64,000 bases of DNA. Source: an uncultured Candidatus Saccharibacteria bacterium. GTDB taxonomy: Bacteria; Patescibacteriota; CPR2; UBA1875; CAIMLA01. A model generated the notes under the pieces. It searched no databases, was not told where the DNA came from, and saw nothing but the letters and a program-made list of their open reading frames with translations. Below are positions 28,384 to 36,594 of the stretch, piece by piece. Location of the stretch: NCBI GenBank assembly GCA_964501135.1, contig CAZCRI010000004.1, positions 47,238 to 111,237 of the forward strand, written 5' to 3'. The position numbers and the translations under genes are program-made. Position 1 is the stretch's first letter. The number at the start of each line of letters is the position of its first letter.

Positions 28384-30129
28384 TTAGCTATACATTTCTT
28401 CAATTTTGACAGCTTTGTTTGCTAAAATTACCTGCCTTTTTAGCGACAGTTTTGGCGTGAGTTCTCCACCTTCTATGCTGAAAGGCTCTGCAAGTAAGGC
28501 GAATTTTCGAACGTGCTCGATAGTAGATAGATGTGCTGTCTTGTTTATCGCCTCGCCCGAGATTAGCTCAAATACCTCTGGCATCTTAGCTAGTTTTGCC
28601 TTGCTCTTCACATTGAAATGAAGTGCCAACTGCGCATAGTCAGGAACGATTAGGGCAGCGATATGCTTATGTCCATCCCCTACCACCATTGCTTGCTCGA
28701 TATAGAGACTAGACTCGAGCGCATTCTCGATGTGGACAGGAGCGACTTTTTTGCCGGTTGTGAGCACTATCAGGTCCTTTTTGCGTCCGGAGATGGTAAG
28801 AAAACCATCTTTATCGATTGTGCCGAGATCGCCAGTACAAAAGTAACCATCTTTGGTGAATGCATCTTTGTTATCGGCCGGTCGCAAATAACCCTGAGTA
28901 ATTGTCGGTCCCTTTACTAAGATTTCCCCGTCCTTCGCGAGCTTAAGCTTGAGATTGTAAATTGGGTGACCGACGGTACCAAATCGGTAATTTGTAATCT
29001 CATTTACCGCGATAATCGGTGAGGTTTCCGTGAGGCCATAACCCTCAAGGACCAGCATATCGACCTTGGCGAAAAATTGACCGATCTTCTTCGGTAATGA
29101 TGCTCCACCAGAGATGAAGAAACGGATATTGCCACCAAAATTACCCTTTACCTTGGAGAAAACTAGTTTATCAAAAAGTGGATAGAACGGGCTGCTTTTC
29201 TTCGTAGCAAAGGCGAGGCGGAATATCAGCTTGGTGAGTAGGCTCTTATTTGCCTTGGCCTGAACCTTTTCGTAAATCTTCTCATATAGCCGCGGGACTG
29301 CTAGTACAATGGTTGGCTTTATTGCCTGTATTTCTTCCGACAGAGTATTTAGGCTCAGGCAGTATGCAATGCTAGCACCGGCATAGATAGGGATATAGTA
29401 TCCCGCGGTACGCTCAAAAACGTGTGAAAGCGGCAAGATAGAAAAAAATCGATCGGTTGGCAATATCCAAATAGAGTGTGTAGTACCGATAATGTTCTCA
29501 ATAAAGTTACCGTGAGTAAGTTTCACTCCCTTGAGGTGACCTGTAGTACCAGAAGTATAGATGATACTGGCAAGAACATCGGGCCGAATCTCGAGCGCTC
29601 CTGCTGCCAGCGCTGCTTCCTGTGCCTCGGTAATTTCCATATCGTTGATCAGTTTCTTGAAATAGAGAAGTTTGGCAAAGTTCGTATCTTCGATATGGGT
29701 AAAAGATACCAGGTGCTCGATTTTCGCCACATCCCGAGCAATTTCAAGGAGTTTATCTTCAATCGCCTTCTCCGAAAAGAAGATTGCCTTGGGCTTGATT
29801 TCTTCAATTATCCCAGCGAGTTGCCCAGCCGAAAGTACCTCGTGAACTGGGACCGTGACTCCGCCGATTAGTTGCAAGGCAAGATCAGTGATTACCCACT
29901 CTGGACGATTTTCGGAAATCAAAAGAACTCGGTCCCCTTGCTTGAAACCGAGATTCAGCATCGCCTGGGCAAGCGCCATAACCTCACTTTTTAGTTCAAA
30001 GTAGGTCAGGCTTTCGTAATGATGGCCTTTTTTGTATCGTAGGACTTCGTTTTGGGCACGTAGCTCGGCCGAAGTGAGAAACATATCGGCTAGATTTAGC
30101 GGTATCCACTGCTCTTTTGGCTTTGTCAC
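28384..30129 (-). CDS. Long-chain fatty-acid--CoA ligase (AMP-forming)
   Basis: 581 aa; AMP-binding signature IIYTSGTTGHLKGV; GYGLTE; C-terminal ligase domain. Confidence 0.85.
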   Translation of the reverse strand: MTKPKEQWIPLNLADMFLTSAELRAQNEVLRYKKGHHYESLTYFELKSEVMALAQAMLNLGFKQGDRVLLISENRPEWVITDLALQLIGGVTVPVHEVLSAGQLAGIIEEIKPKAIFFSEKAIEDKLLEIARDVAKIEHLVSFTHIEDTNFAKLLYFKKLINDMEITEAQEAALAAGALEIRPDVLASIIYTSGTTGHLKGVKLTHGNFIENIIGTTHSIWILPTDRFFSILPLSHVFERTAGYYIPIYAGASIAYCLSLNTLSEEIQAIKPTIVLAVPRLYEKIYEKVQAKANKSLLTKLIFRLAFATKKSSPFYPLFDKLVFSKVKGNFGGNIRFFISGGASLPKKIGQFFAKVDMLVLEGYGLTETSPIIAVNEITNYRFGTVGHPIYNLKLKLAKDGEILVKGPTITQGYLRPADNKDAFTKDGYFCTGDLGTIDKDGFLTISGRKKDLIVLTTGKKVAPVHIENALESSLYIEQAMVVGDGHKHIAALIVPDYAQLALHFNVKSKAKLAKMPEVFELISGEAINKTAHLSTIEHVRKFALLAEPFSIEGGELTPKLSLKRQVILANKAVKIEEMYS

Positions 30130-30233
30130 GGGTATCCCCTCCAGCTATTCAGTATTTGTATATTACCAGATACTTGCACTATTGTGGAGACTTTCTCCTG
30201 ATCCCGCACCCTAAAGTATTCTCTATATCATCC

Positions 30234-30271
30234 GGTGGTAAAGTTGTTGCTGGAGCAACAACTTTACCACC
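30234..30271. repeat. Perfect hairpin (17-bp stem, 4-nt loop). Its left arm plus loop (30234..30256) is the exact inverted repeat of 30871..30893.
   Basis: ggtggtaaagttgttgc-tgga-gcaacaactttaccacc, read directly. Confidence 0.9.
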
Positions 30272-30285
30272 TTATTAAAAAACCA

Positions 30286-30864
30286 TCAGTCTTCGAGGTT
30301 AAGTTTAAACTTCCTCATGTATTCTGCCTGTCGAGGCAAGTGGTCGGTAACCAGGAAAACTACGTATGACGAAACACCGATACTGTGTGCAAACACAGCC
30401 AATTCCTCCTTGCATTCATAGGGAAAGGCAAACATGCTTTCCTGGACTTTCTGAAATCTATTCTGAAGCAGTTTTTTACGGAAGTACTCTCGCTCCTTCT
30501 TTGCAGTGTCTGGGATATCGTAAGCAACTACGCGCCACAAGCCATCCCAACGTTTTGCAGTCTCAATAGTAAACTCTTCAGACTGCAACAGATGCATCAG
30601 CTTCTTTCCTTTCGAGGTCAGCTTTACCAGGTCGCCACTTAAAGATATCAAATCCTTGTCCTCCAGGGCTTTCATACAACGTTTCGCGTTATATTTTGAA
30701 TATTTATTCCCAGGAATTAGTGGGGCCACTGCCATTGGCAAACCGGGGACAACCATAGAAGCTAAGACAAAAGTACCCACTCCAATATATCCAAGAATCT
30801 CCTTCTCTTTCTTTCCGAGACGTATACTCTTAAGTTTTCTTCGTTCCTCTTGTGAGATTTTCAT
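30286..30864 (-). CDS. Hypothetical protein with N-terminal hydrophobic/wHTH-like region and C-terminal Cas2-like (ferredoxin-fold nuclease-like) motif
   Basis: 192 aa; WRVVAYDIPDTAKKEREYFRKKLLQNRFQKVQESMFAFP matches the Cas2 pattern (V-x-YDI ... R-x-x-L ... Q-x-S-V/M-F); later SSYVVFLV strand; N-terminal GDLVKLTSKGKKL resembles a winged-helix wing; GGAG ribosome-binding site lies inside the flanking repeat. Confidence 0.5.
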   Translation of the reverse strand: MKISQEERRKLKSIRLGKKEKEILGYIGVGTFVLASMVVPGLPMAVAPLIPGNKYSKYNAKRCMKALEDKDLISLSGDLVKLTSKGKKLMHLLQSEEFTIETAKRWDGLWRVVAYDIPDTAKKEREYFRKKLLQNRFQKVQESMFAFPYECKEELAVFAHSIGVSSYVVFLVTDHLPRQAEYMRKFKLNLED

Positions 30865-30870
30865 TTCTTT

Positions 30871-30893
30871 GCTCCAGCAACAACTTTACCACC
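30871..30893. repeat. 23-bp inverted-repeat partner (exact reverse complement of 30234..30256), immediately 5' of the Cas2-like gene; contains its SD
   Basis: gctccagcaacaactttaccacc. Confidence 0.9.
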
Positions 30894-30942
30894 ATAGTTT
30901 TTGTGCTACTAGTAGACAAGTTATAAGTTGCTACTGAATTCC

Positions 30943-31896
30943 CTACCGGGAGAAATTCCACTTGTATCCGTTAGCCGCCCCAAGATAGGCGTCGAAACTT
31001 CCCTGTAAACTCTGTGCGGTAGTAGTTGGAAACATTCGGATCCTGGGAATTTCATAATTATTTCCCGACTTGGCGAAAGGCTGGGTCGTAACTGCGGCCT
31101 TATATCCAGCGGCCTTTGCTTCTCGTTCCGTAAGTTCTCCAAACCGTCCCGAAGGGTAACACAGAAATCCCACTGGCTTTCCGGTTATTGCCTCCAAATC
31201 GGCCTTACTCTTGGTGAGCTGATTATCCATATCTCCCTTATTTGCAAACTGCATATCGATATGAGTTACCGTATGCGATTGGACATCCATACCAGCATCT
31301 GACATTTCACGTAGCTGCGCGCTGTTCATGTACGATCCAGCTCCAACGTAACCAGAAATAATAAAGAAAACCCCCTTTTGACCACGTTCTCTCAGTCTAG
31401 GAAATACCTCCGCGTAATTATCTGCATAGCCATCGTCAAAAGTGAGAACCACAGATTTTTCTACCACCCTACCAGCAAATAAATCGGTAAGAGTAATAGT
31501 ATGATAGCCGTTGCTCTTGAGCCAATCTAGCTGGGCAGCAAAAGCCTCGGGTGTTACCGAAAGTCCTGCCTCTATCTTGTCCTTACCAGTATACGTCCGG
31601 ATATGATGATACATGAGGACCGGAACTAGTTTGTCACCAGAGACATAATGCCTTTCCTCTCCTCTCGGCATCGGCGGAATAACCTGGGGGACATACTCCC
31701 CTTCATGAAATACTTGCTCTGCCTCTTGAGCCTGCACCGGATCCTTGACTACGGCTTGCATGGAGACATGATTCTGTGAAGTACGCGCCCACCACAACAT
31801 TCCAAATATCATAATTAATACCCAGATAACGGTGAAAGAAAAATAATTTCGAAGAAAACGATGCGTATTTGGTTTTGTTATACTATCTTGATGCAA
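30943..31896 (-). CDS. Polysaccharide deacetylase (NodB homology domain), membrane-anchored
   Basis: 317 aa; N-terminal TM; motifs VLMYHHI and LTFDDGYADN. Confidence 0.8.
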   Translation of the reverse strand: MHQDSITKPNTHRFLRNYFSFTVIWVLIMIFGMLWWARTSQNHVSMQAVVKDPVQAQEAEQVFHEGEYVPQVIPPMPRGEERHYVSGDKLVPVLMYHHIRTYTGKDKIEAGLSVTPEAFAAQLDWLKSNGYHTITLTDLFAGRVVEKSVVLTFDDGYADNYAEVFPRLRERGQKGVFFIISGYVGAGSYMNSAQLREMSDAGMDVQSHTVTHIDMQFANKGDMDNQLTKSKADLEAITGKPVGFLCYPSGRFGELTEREAKAAGYKAAVTTQPFAKSGNNYEIPRIRMFPTTTAQSLQGSFDAYLGAANGYKWNFSR

Positions 31897-31903
31897 TTTA
31901 TTC

Positions 31904-33592
31904 CTAGTTACCTACCGCATATACTTTATTTGGTGCACTACCAGTAATATTGGCCCCAGTTTGATTTTGGTTATTTAACCGAAAACTAAATTTGTATTTT
32001 CCAGTCTTCACGTCATACTCATAGTTAATACTACCAACATTATAGTCCGAGGTAAGATAAGGATCATCACCTGCAGTAAATATCGCCATAAGCTCATTGA
32101 TGTCTGTCGCCGCCGGATATGCACCTTCGTCTGATTTGTACTGCTCCAGAGCCGTCTGTAATACGGAAATATCTGACCTTAGCGCTGTATCTTTAGTTTT
32201 ATTCTCGGCTCCCGTTCCGAAATTTTCGTCATATGCAGCTGCTGCGTCTGTGCTGTTAATAATTCTTGCTCCAATCGGCAACTTTATAGCATCGTTGAAG
32301 CTGTAGTCGAAGCTTTGTTGCCAGGAAAAAGTATATTTCATATCTACTCCCTGGACATTTTTGGCTGCATCCCCTGACGAAGTCACTGTCGCTACTGCTC
32401 TAGCATCAATTTTTGTAATGCGACCAGTCGTTGCATCAATCCAGATCTCGGCTTTTGTAGCACTTTCATCAACTTTGAGCTCTACCCCAGAGCTATTTCC
32501 AGCCAAGTTTGCCTTTAGGGCATCTATCATCTCTGAGCTTACAAGGAAGGCAAAGCGATATTGTCTCTTGCCATTCACTGTTTCGTTACTTTCTCTAGTA
32601 AACACCTTGGCGGTACTAGCATTAAGCCAGCTCTTTTGCGGAACCAGCTGAGATACATCGAAACCGACTGTCTTCGCGTCCGTTACTGCCTTCCAGGCAT
32701 TTTTGTATTCCGTATATTTCTTGGATGAAAACTTGGAATTTTCCGGATCAGCAATGTATAGGGCGTCCTTCTTTTTTATATATACCAGACTACCCGGCAA
32801 GTTCTCGTCTGTAATGGTAGCCCGAACATTCTGGTCTCCATCAACCTCAAGCTTGCCCTTTATGGCAAAGCCAGTTGTACTAAGACTAAGATCACTAGAC
32901 ATCTTCGGTAACGACGAAATTTGCGACAAGGAACCCTGCAGAATCCTTAAGTTATTACTCGCCTGATATGCCTGATAACCAAAGTATCCGGCCACCACGA
33001 TCACAATCAAGAAAACGGCTAGCCCGCTATATAGTAGTATGTTTTTTAGAGTCTTATTACCAGAAATACTAGAGGTTTTTACGGACGCGTCTCCAGTTGG
33101 CCGCTCAATAAGGGTACCGTCCACTGCGACGCTCATTCCCCTACTATCGACTTGCTTTCCTTCGGAAAGTGGATCTGGAACCATTGCCGGATTTACATAG
33201 GTGTCGCGAATTGGTTCACGTGGAACTCCGATTGGAACTGGTGGTACGGCAACAGGCGGTGTTTCGGTTGGGACTTGGGGCATCGGCGCAAAAGTCTGGC
33301 CCAGGCTTGATGCTGGAACCTCTGCTGCCGGCTGCTCCGGTGCTTCGTTTTCGTTCACTTCGACGCTATTTTCATCAATGGGCACTTCGGTTGGAACTTC
33401 TTCTTCCGACACTGTAGCTCCAATAACCGGAGTTTCCGTAGACTTAGGTTCGGCAATTAAATCGTCAGGCCGAAAAATTGGTGGCATATTTGTATCTTCC
33501 GCGCCTAGAGACCCTAAATCAGCTGCCGGTACCACACTATCGGCAGAATCTCCCTCTAGGGAGTTTATCGCATTTGCAATATCGTCGTCCAA
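31904..33592 (-). CDS. Hypothetical large surface protein (disordered Pro/Glu-rich N-terminus, one TM, extracellular domain)
   Basis: 562 aa; TM LLYSGLAVFLIVIVVAGYFGY; no recognisable catalytic motif. Confidence 0.5.
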   Translation of the reverse strand: MDDDIANAINSLEGDSADSVVPAADLGSLGAEDTNMPPIFRPDDLIAEPKSTETPVIGATVSEEEVPTEVPIDENSVEVNENEAPEQPAAEVPASSLGQTFAPMPQVPTETPPVAVPPVPIGVPREPIRDTYVNPAMVPDPLSEGKQVDSRGMSVAVDGTLIERPTGDASVKTSSISGNKTLKNILLYSGLAVFLIVIVVAGYFGYQAYQASNNLRILQGSLSQISSLPKMSSDLSLSTTGFAIKGKLEVDGDQNVRATITDENLPGSLVYIKKKDALYIADPENSKFSSKKYTEYKNAWKAVTDAKTVGFDVSQLVPQKSWLNASTAKVFTRESNETVNGKRQYRFAFLVSSEMIDALKANLAGNSSGVELKVDESATKAEIWIDATTGRITKIDARAVATVTSSGDAAKNVQGVDMKYTFSWQQSFDYSFNDAIKLPIGARIINSTDAAAAYDENFGTGAENKTKDTALRSDISVLQTALEQYKSDEGAYPAATDINELMAIFTAGDDPYLTSDYNVGSINYEYDVKTGKYKFSFRLNNQNQTGANITGSAPNKVYAVGN

Positions 33593-33612
33593 AAATCCCC
33601 TCCCGCCACTGG

Positions 33613-34425
33613 TTATACTGATGTATCTCTAAATATAAATCTCGTAAGGGCCAAAACCGTAGAGACAACAGAAATAGACAAAAAGAAAAGTAAGTAATTA
33701 TCAACAAATTCCGCCTTTACTAGGTTAGTCGAACCACTAAAGTAGTGAAATATGGAGTAGTCCTTTATCCAGGCGTTGCTTTCCAAAAGTCCACCCACTA
33801 TATTGGCTCCGTAGAAGGCCAGAATTACCCCAGCTGTCACAAAAGTAGCCTTACCCTTCTCCGAGAAAAATGAGGAAGAAAGTGACGCAATACTCAATAC
33901 TGTCACTCCGAAAAGTAAACCGCTAACAGCAAGCTGCCAGTTCCCTATACCCGTGATGTCAATCTTGTGCATTTTAGCCAAAGGTACTACCGCGTAGATT
34001 GTTGTAAAAGTGTACAGCACTAAGATAGAAACAGCCGCCGTAAAACGTCCCACAAAAATTTTCCAACGTTGTAGTGGGAGTGCAAGAATCTGCTCAATCG
34101 TACCCTTTTCGACCTCAGTGGCAATCATTGAATTCGCCAAAGATATTGAAAAGATGATGACAATAAGCGGCCAAACCATACTATACTGTTCCATTGACAA
34201 GAAAGAGCTTATCTTTGTAAAGGTAATGGCTCCTGGGTCTACGCCGACGACCGCCCATATCTCCTTTGGAAATGACTGCATAAGAACGTCGAACTTCTCC
34301 TGAGCGACAGTATTGAGGCTTGGGAACATGGCAATATACATCTCTAGGAAAACTATTGTCGAAAGGCTATAAAGGAAAAGTGACCAGTATTTATCTTTCA
34401 AAAAACGTAGATAAACTGCTATCAT
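33613..34425 (-). CDS. ABC-2 type transporter permease
   Basis: 270 aa; 6 TM helices; overlaps the ATPase gene upstream. Confidence 0.7.
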   Translation of the reverse strand: MIAVYLRFLKDKYWSLFLYSLSTIVFLEMYIAMFPSLNTVAQEKFDVLMQSFPKEIWAVVGVDPGAITFTKISSFLSMEQYSMVWPLIVIIFSISLANSMIATEVEKGTIEQILALPLQRWKIFVGRFTAAVSILVLYTFTTIYAVVPLAKMHKIDITGIGNWQLAVSGLLFGVTVLSIASLSSSFFSEKGKATFVTAGVILAFYGANIVGGLLESNAWIKDYSIFHYFSGSTNLVKAEFVDNYLLFFLSISVVSTVLALTRFIFRDTSV

Positions 34426-35309
34426 ACCTCGTTCCTTTCGTAATATTTTAGAAACACATCTTCAAGGCTTGCATGAGACACCTCAATATCAAGTAGTTTG
34501 TGTCTCGATAGTTTATGTAAAACCGGATTTACATCTCCAGAGACTGTTATGACTAGACCATCCGATACTTCCTCTACCTTATCCACTCCCTTGCCAGCAA
34601 ACTCTGCTACATCATATGAGTCAGCAAAACGAACTTCAATCTTGTGGATTTTCTTTTCCCCCAGAGCCTTGATACTCTCCACAGCAACCAGCTTGCCCTC
34701 TTTGATAATCGCCACACGGTCGCAAAGTCGCTCAACCTCTGGCAGATTATGCGACGAAATAAAAATTGTCGTTCCCTTGTCTCTCATCGCCAATAATATC
34801 TCGTAAATCGTATTTTGAAGTAGCGGGTCGAGTCCAACAGTCGGTTCGTCCATGATAAGTACTTTGGGGTTATTCATAAGCGCAAGAATAAGCCCGAGTT
34901 TCTGTTTATTACCGCTCGAAAGGTGGCGAAACTTGGCCAGTGGATTATAGTCGAGCTTTTTCATCAGATCCCTGACGGTGTCTGACTTTCCACGTATGCT
35001 CTCAAAGAAATGGATGTGATCCCAACCTGTCCAATTATCATAGAGTTTTACGTTACCAGGAAGGTATCCGATTTGTTTCTTAATGTCTTCGGCGCCGAGA
35101 AAAAGGCGCTTTCCGAGGACCGTAGCTTCCCCTTTAGTGGTCTTGTTGAACCCCATGAGACAACGGATTGTAGTGCTCTTGCCAGCACCGTTCGGTCCGA
35201 GAAAACCAAAAATTTCCCCCTCGGTTACCCCAAAAGATATCCCATCTACCGCATGGAGTTTGCCGTAGTGTTTTGCGAGGTCTGTAACCTCAATCACGTT
35301 TTTCTTCAT
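34422..35309 (-). CDS. ABC transporter ATP-binding protein
   Basis: 295 aa; Walker A GPNGAGKST, signature LSSGNKQKL, Walker B LIMDEPT. Confidence 0.9.
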   Translation of the reverse strand: MKKNVIEVTDLAKHYGKLHAVDGISFGVTEGEIFGFLGPNGAGKSTTIRCLMGFNKTTKGEATVLGKRLFLGAEDIKKQIGYLPGNVKLYDNWTGWDHIHFFESIRGKSDTVRDLMKKLDYNPLAKFRHLSSGNKQKLGLILALMNNPKVLIMDEPTVGLDPLLQNTIYEILLAMRDKGTTIFISSHNLPEVERLCDRVAIIKEGKLVAVESIKALGEKKIHKIEVRFADSYDVAEFAGKGVDKVEEVSDGLVITVSGDVNPVLHKLSRHKLLDIEVSHASLEDVFLKYYERNEV

Positions 35310-35376
35310 GTATATATATTAGAACCGGAGTGGAAAATTGTCCACTCGTAAGTATAAATAGATTATAAACGGCGAA

Positions 35377-35405
35377 GGGCCCGAAACCTTGGCGGTTTCG
35401 GGCCC
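35377..35405 (-). terminator. GC-rich perfect hairpin (12-bp stem), probable terminator of the high-GC island gene
   Basis: gggcccgaaacc-ttggc-ggtttcgggccc, 10 nt downstream of the stop at 35416. Confidence 0.5.
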
Positions 35406-35415
35406 TCACAGAAAG

Positions 35416-36012
35416 CTAGTACGGGATGCCGTAGTTCTTGAGGCAATCCTTGATGCGCTGGGTGAGCAGGTTCTGCTCCCTCAAGCGGGCGACGCCGTCC
35501 TCGGGGAACGTGCCGCTCTCAATCATGTCGAGAGTCAACTCCTCGACGAGCTTGAGACTCGGCGTTCCGAGGTCTTCGGTGACTCGTTCGGCACAGTAAC
35601 CGAAACCGCCGTGATGCTGAACCTCGCGGACGACCTTGATAGCGTCCCACGGAGCCCACACCTCGCTGACCTCACCCTCGGCGACCGGCTCGAAGCCGAT
35701 GCGCATTCCGAGAGTCAGCTCGAAACCTTCCTCGTCACCGTTGTGTACGGGGTGGTCGAGGTCGATGCGGACGAAGTCGGTGCCGGAAACCGGCCAACCG
35801 CCACCCTGGGCGCTGACCTTGTGGTTCTTGAAGGCTCGATCGATAACCCAGTAGAACCCGTGCTTGCCGTGTCCCTCATAGTTGAGGAGTCGGCCGAAGA
35901 TGATGTCGGCCTCCCGGACATGTTCGACGAACTTATCCTCAACCTTCACCTTCTTGGGCTGTGGAACCTTGACGGTCTGTAATACCTCTACCCGCAAGTG
36001 CATCGGCTGCAT
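35416..36012 (-). CDS. Hypothetical protein encoded on a high-GC island (no family assignment)
   Basis: GC-rich ORF with an SD (GAGAGGGGAAG) upstream of the Met of MQPMHLRVEV (36012); the ORF track extends to 36066. The plus-strand ORF 35389..35982 is an Ala/Leu/Asp-rich antisense artefact. Confidence 0.55.
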   Translation of the reverse strand: MQPMHLRVEVLQTVKVPQPKKVKVEDKFVEHVREADIIFGRLLNYEGHGKHGFYWVIDRAFKNHKVSAQGGGWPVSGTDFVRIDLDHPVHNGDEEGFELTLGMRIGFEPVAEGEVSEVWAPWDAIKVVREVQHHGGFGYCAERVTEDLGTPSLKLVEELTLDMIESGTFPEDGVARLREQNLLTQRIKDCLKNYGIPY

Positions 36013-36134
36013 TGCTTCCCCTCTCGCTGTAGGTGTCTTTCTGCATTCGCTGACTGACGATGTCAATCCACGAACACCCGATTATACAAGTATTTATATC
36101 AAAAGTCAAGGTCTTTTACACCTCTGCCTTGTAG

Positions 36135-36162
36135 TTGACACCGCCCCTAGGTAGAGTAAAAT
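36135..36162 (+). promoter_or_regulatory. Sigma70-like promoter for the receiver-domain gene (TTGACA - 16 bp - TAAAAT), then AGGAG RBS 5 nt before the ATG at 36179
   Basis: Read directly from the sequence. Confidence 0.45.
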
Positions 36163-36178
36163 AAACACAGGAGTTACT

Positions 36179-36568
36179 ATGGCAATAAAAATCCTACTCG
36201 CAGAAGACGACATCCAACTTGTCGATATGTACAGTCGCAAATTTGCGCTTGATGGTTTTGATGTTCAGCTTGCCGAAGACGGGCAGAAAGCCATCGACAT
36301 CCTAAAGACTGGATTTATGCCAGACGTAGCCATACTTGATGTGATGATGCCTCAGGTAGATGGACTACAGGTTCTCGCCTACATCCGCGAGCAAAAGGAA
36401 CTCGACGACCTCATAGTAATCATGCTCACTAACCTCTCTGACGAAAAGACAGCGGAGCGAATTTACGCCCTCGGAGCTACTGAATATTTGGTAAAAGCTG
36501 AGTTTACGCCACTAGAGGTCTCGGCCAAAGTAAAAGAACTCATCGAATACTACAAGAAGAAGAAATAA
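36179..36568 (+). CDS. Stand-alone response-regulator receiver domain (CheY-like)
   Basis: 129 aa; LLAEDD, phospho-acceptor D in AILDVMMP, conserved T/K positions; no output domain. Confidence 0.85.
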   Translation: MAIKILLAEDDIQLVDMYSRKFALDGFDVQLAEDGQKAIDILKTGFMPDVAILDVMMPQVDGLQVLAYIREQKELDDLIVIMLTNLSDEKTAERIYALGATEYLVKAEFTPLEVSAKVKELIEYYKKKK

Positions 36569-36571
36569 AAA

Positions 36572-36594
36572 AGACCCCTACTGGGGTCTTTTTT
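36572..36594. terminator. Bidirectional rho-independent terminator between convergent genes
   Basis: aaaaagacccctactggggtctttttt (7-bp stem, T/A runs on both sides). Confidence 0.75.

Noticed and set aside
35327-35346. 7-bp stem hairpin gagtgga-aaattg-tccactc between the island terminator and the ABC ATPase start
   Set aside because: Short, AT-rich, and plausibly just part of the ABC gene's 5' UTR. It is not distinctive enough to call.
35389-35982. 197-aa plus-strand ORF overlapping the high-GC island
   Set aside because: Ala/Leu/Asp/Val-rich low-complexity translation typical of antisense reading of GC-rich DNA. It starts inside the terminator hairpin and has no RBS. The minus-strand gene has an SD and a terminator.
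35355-36095. Short direct repeat GATTATA at 35361 and 36081 as a possible target-site duplication of island 1
   Set aside because: Only 7 bp with divergent flanks. It is AT-rich and likely by chance. It does not support an integration mechanism.
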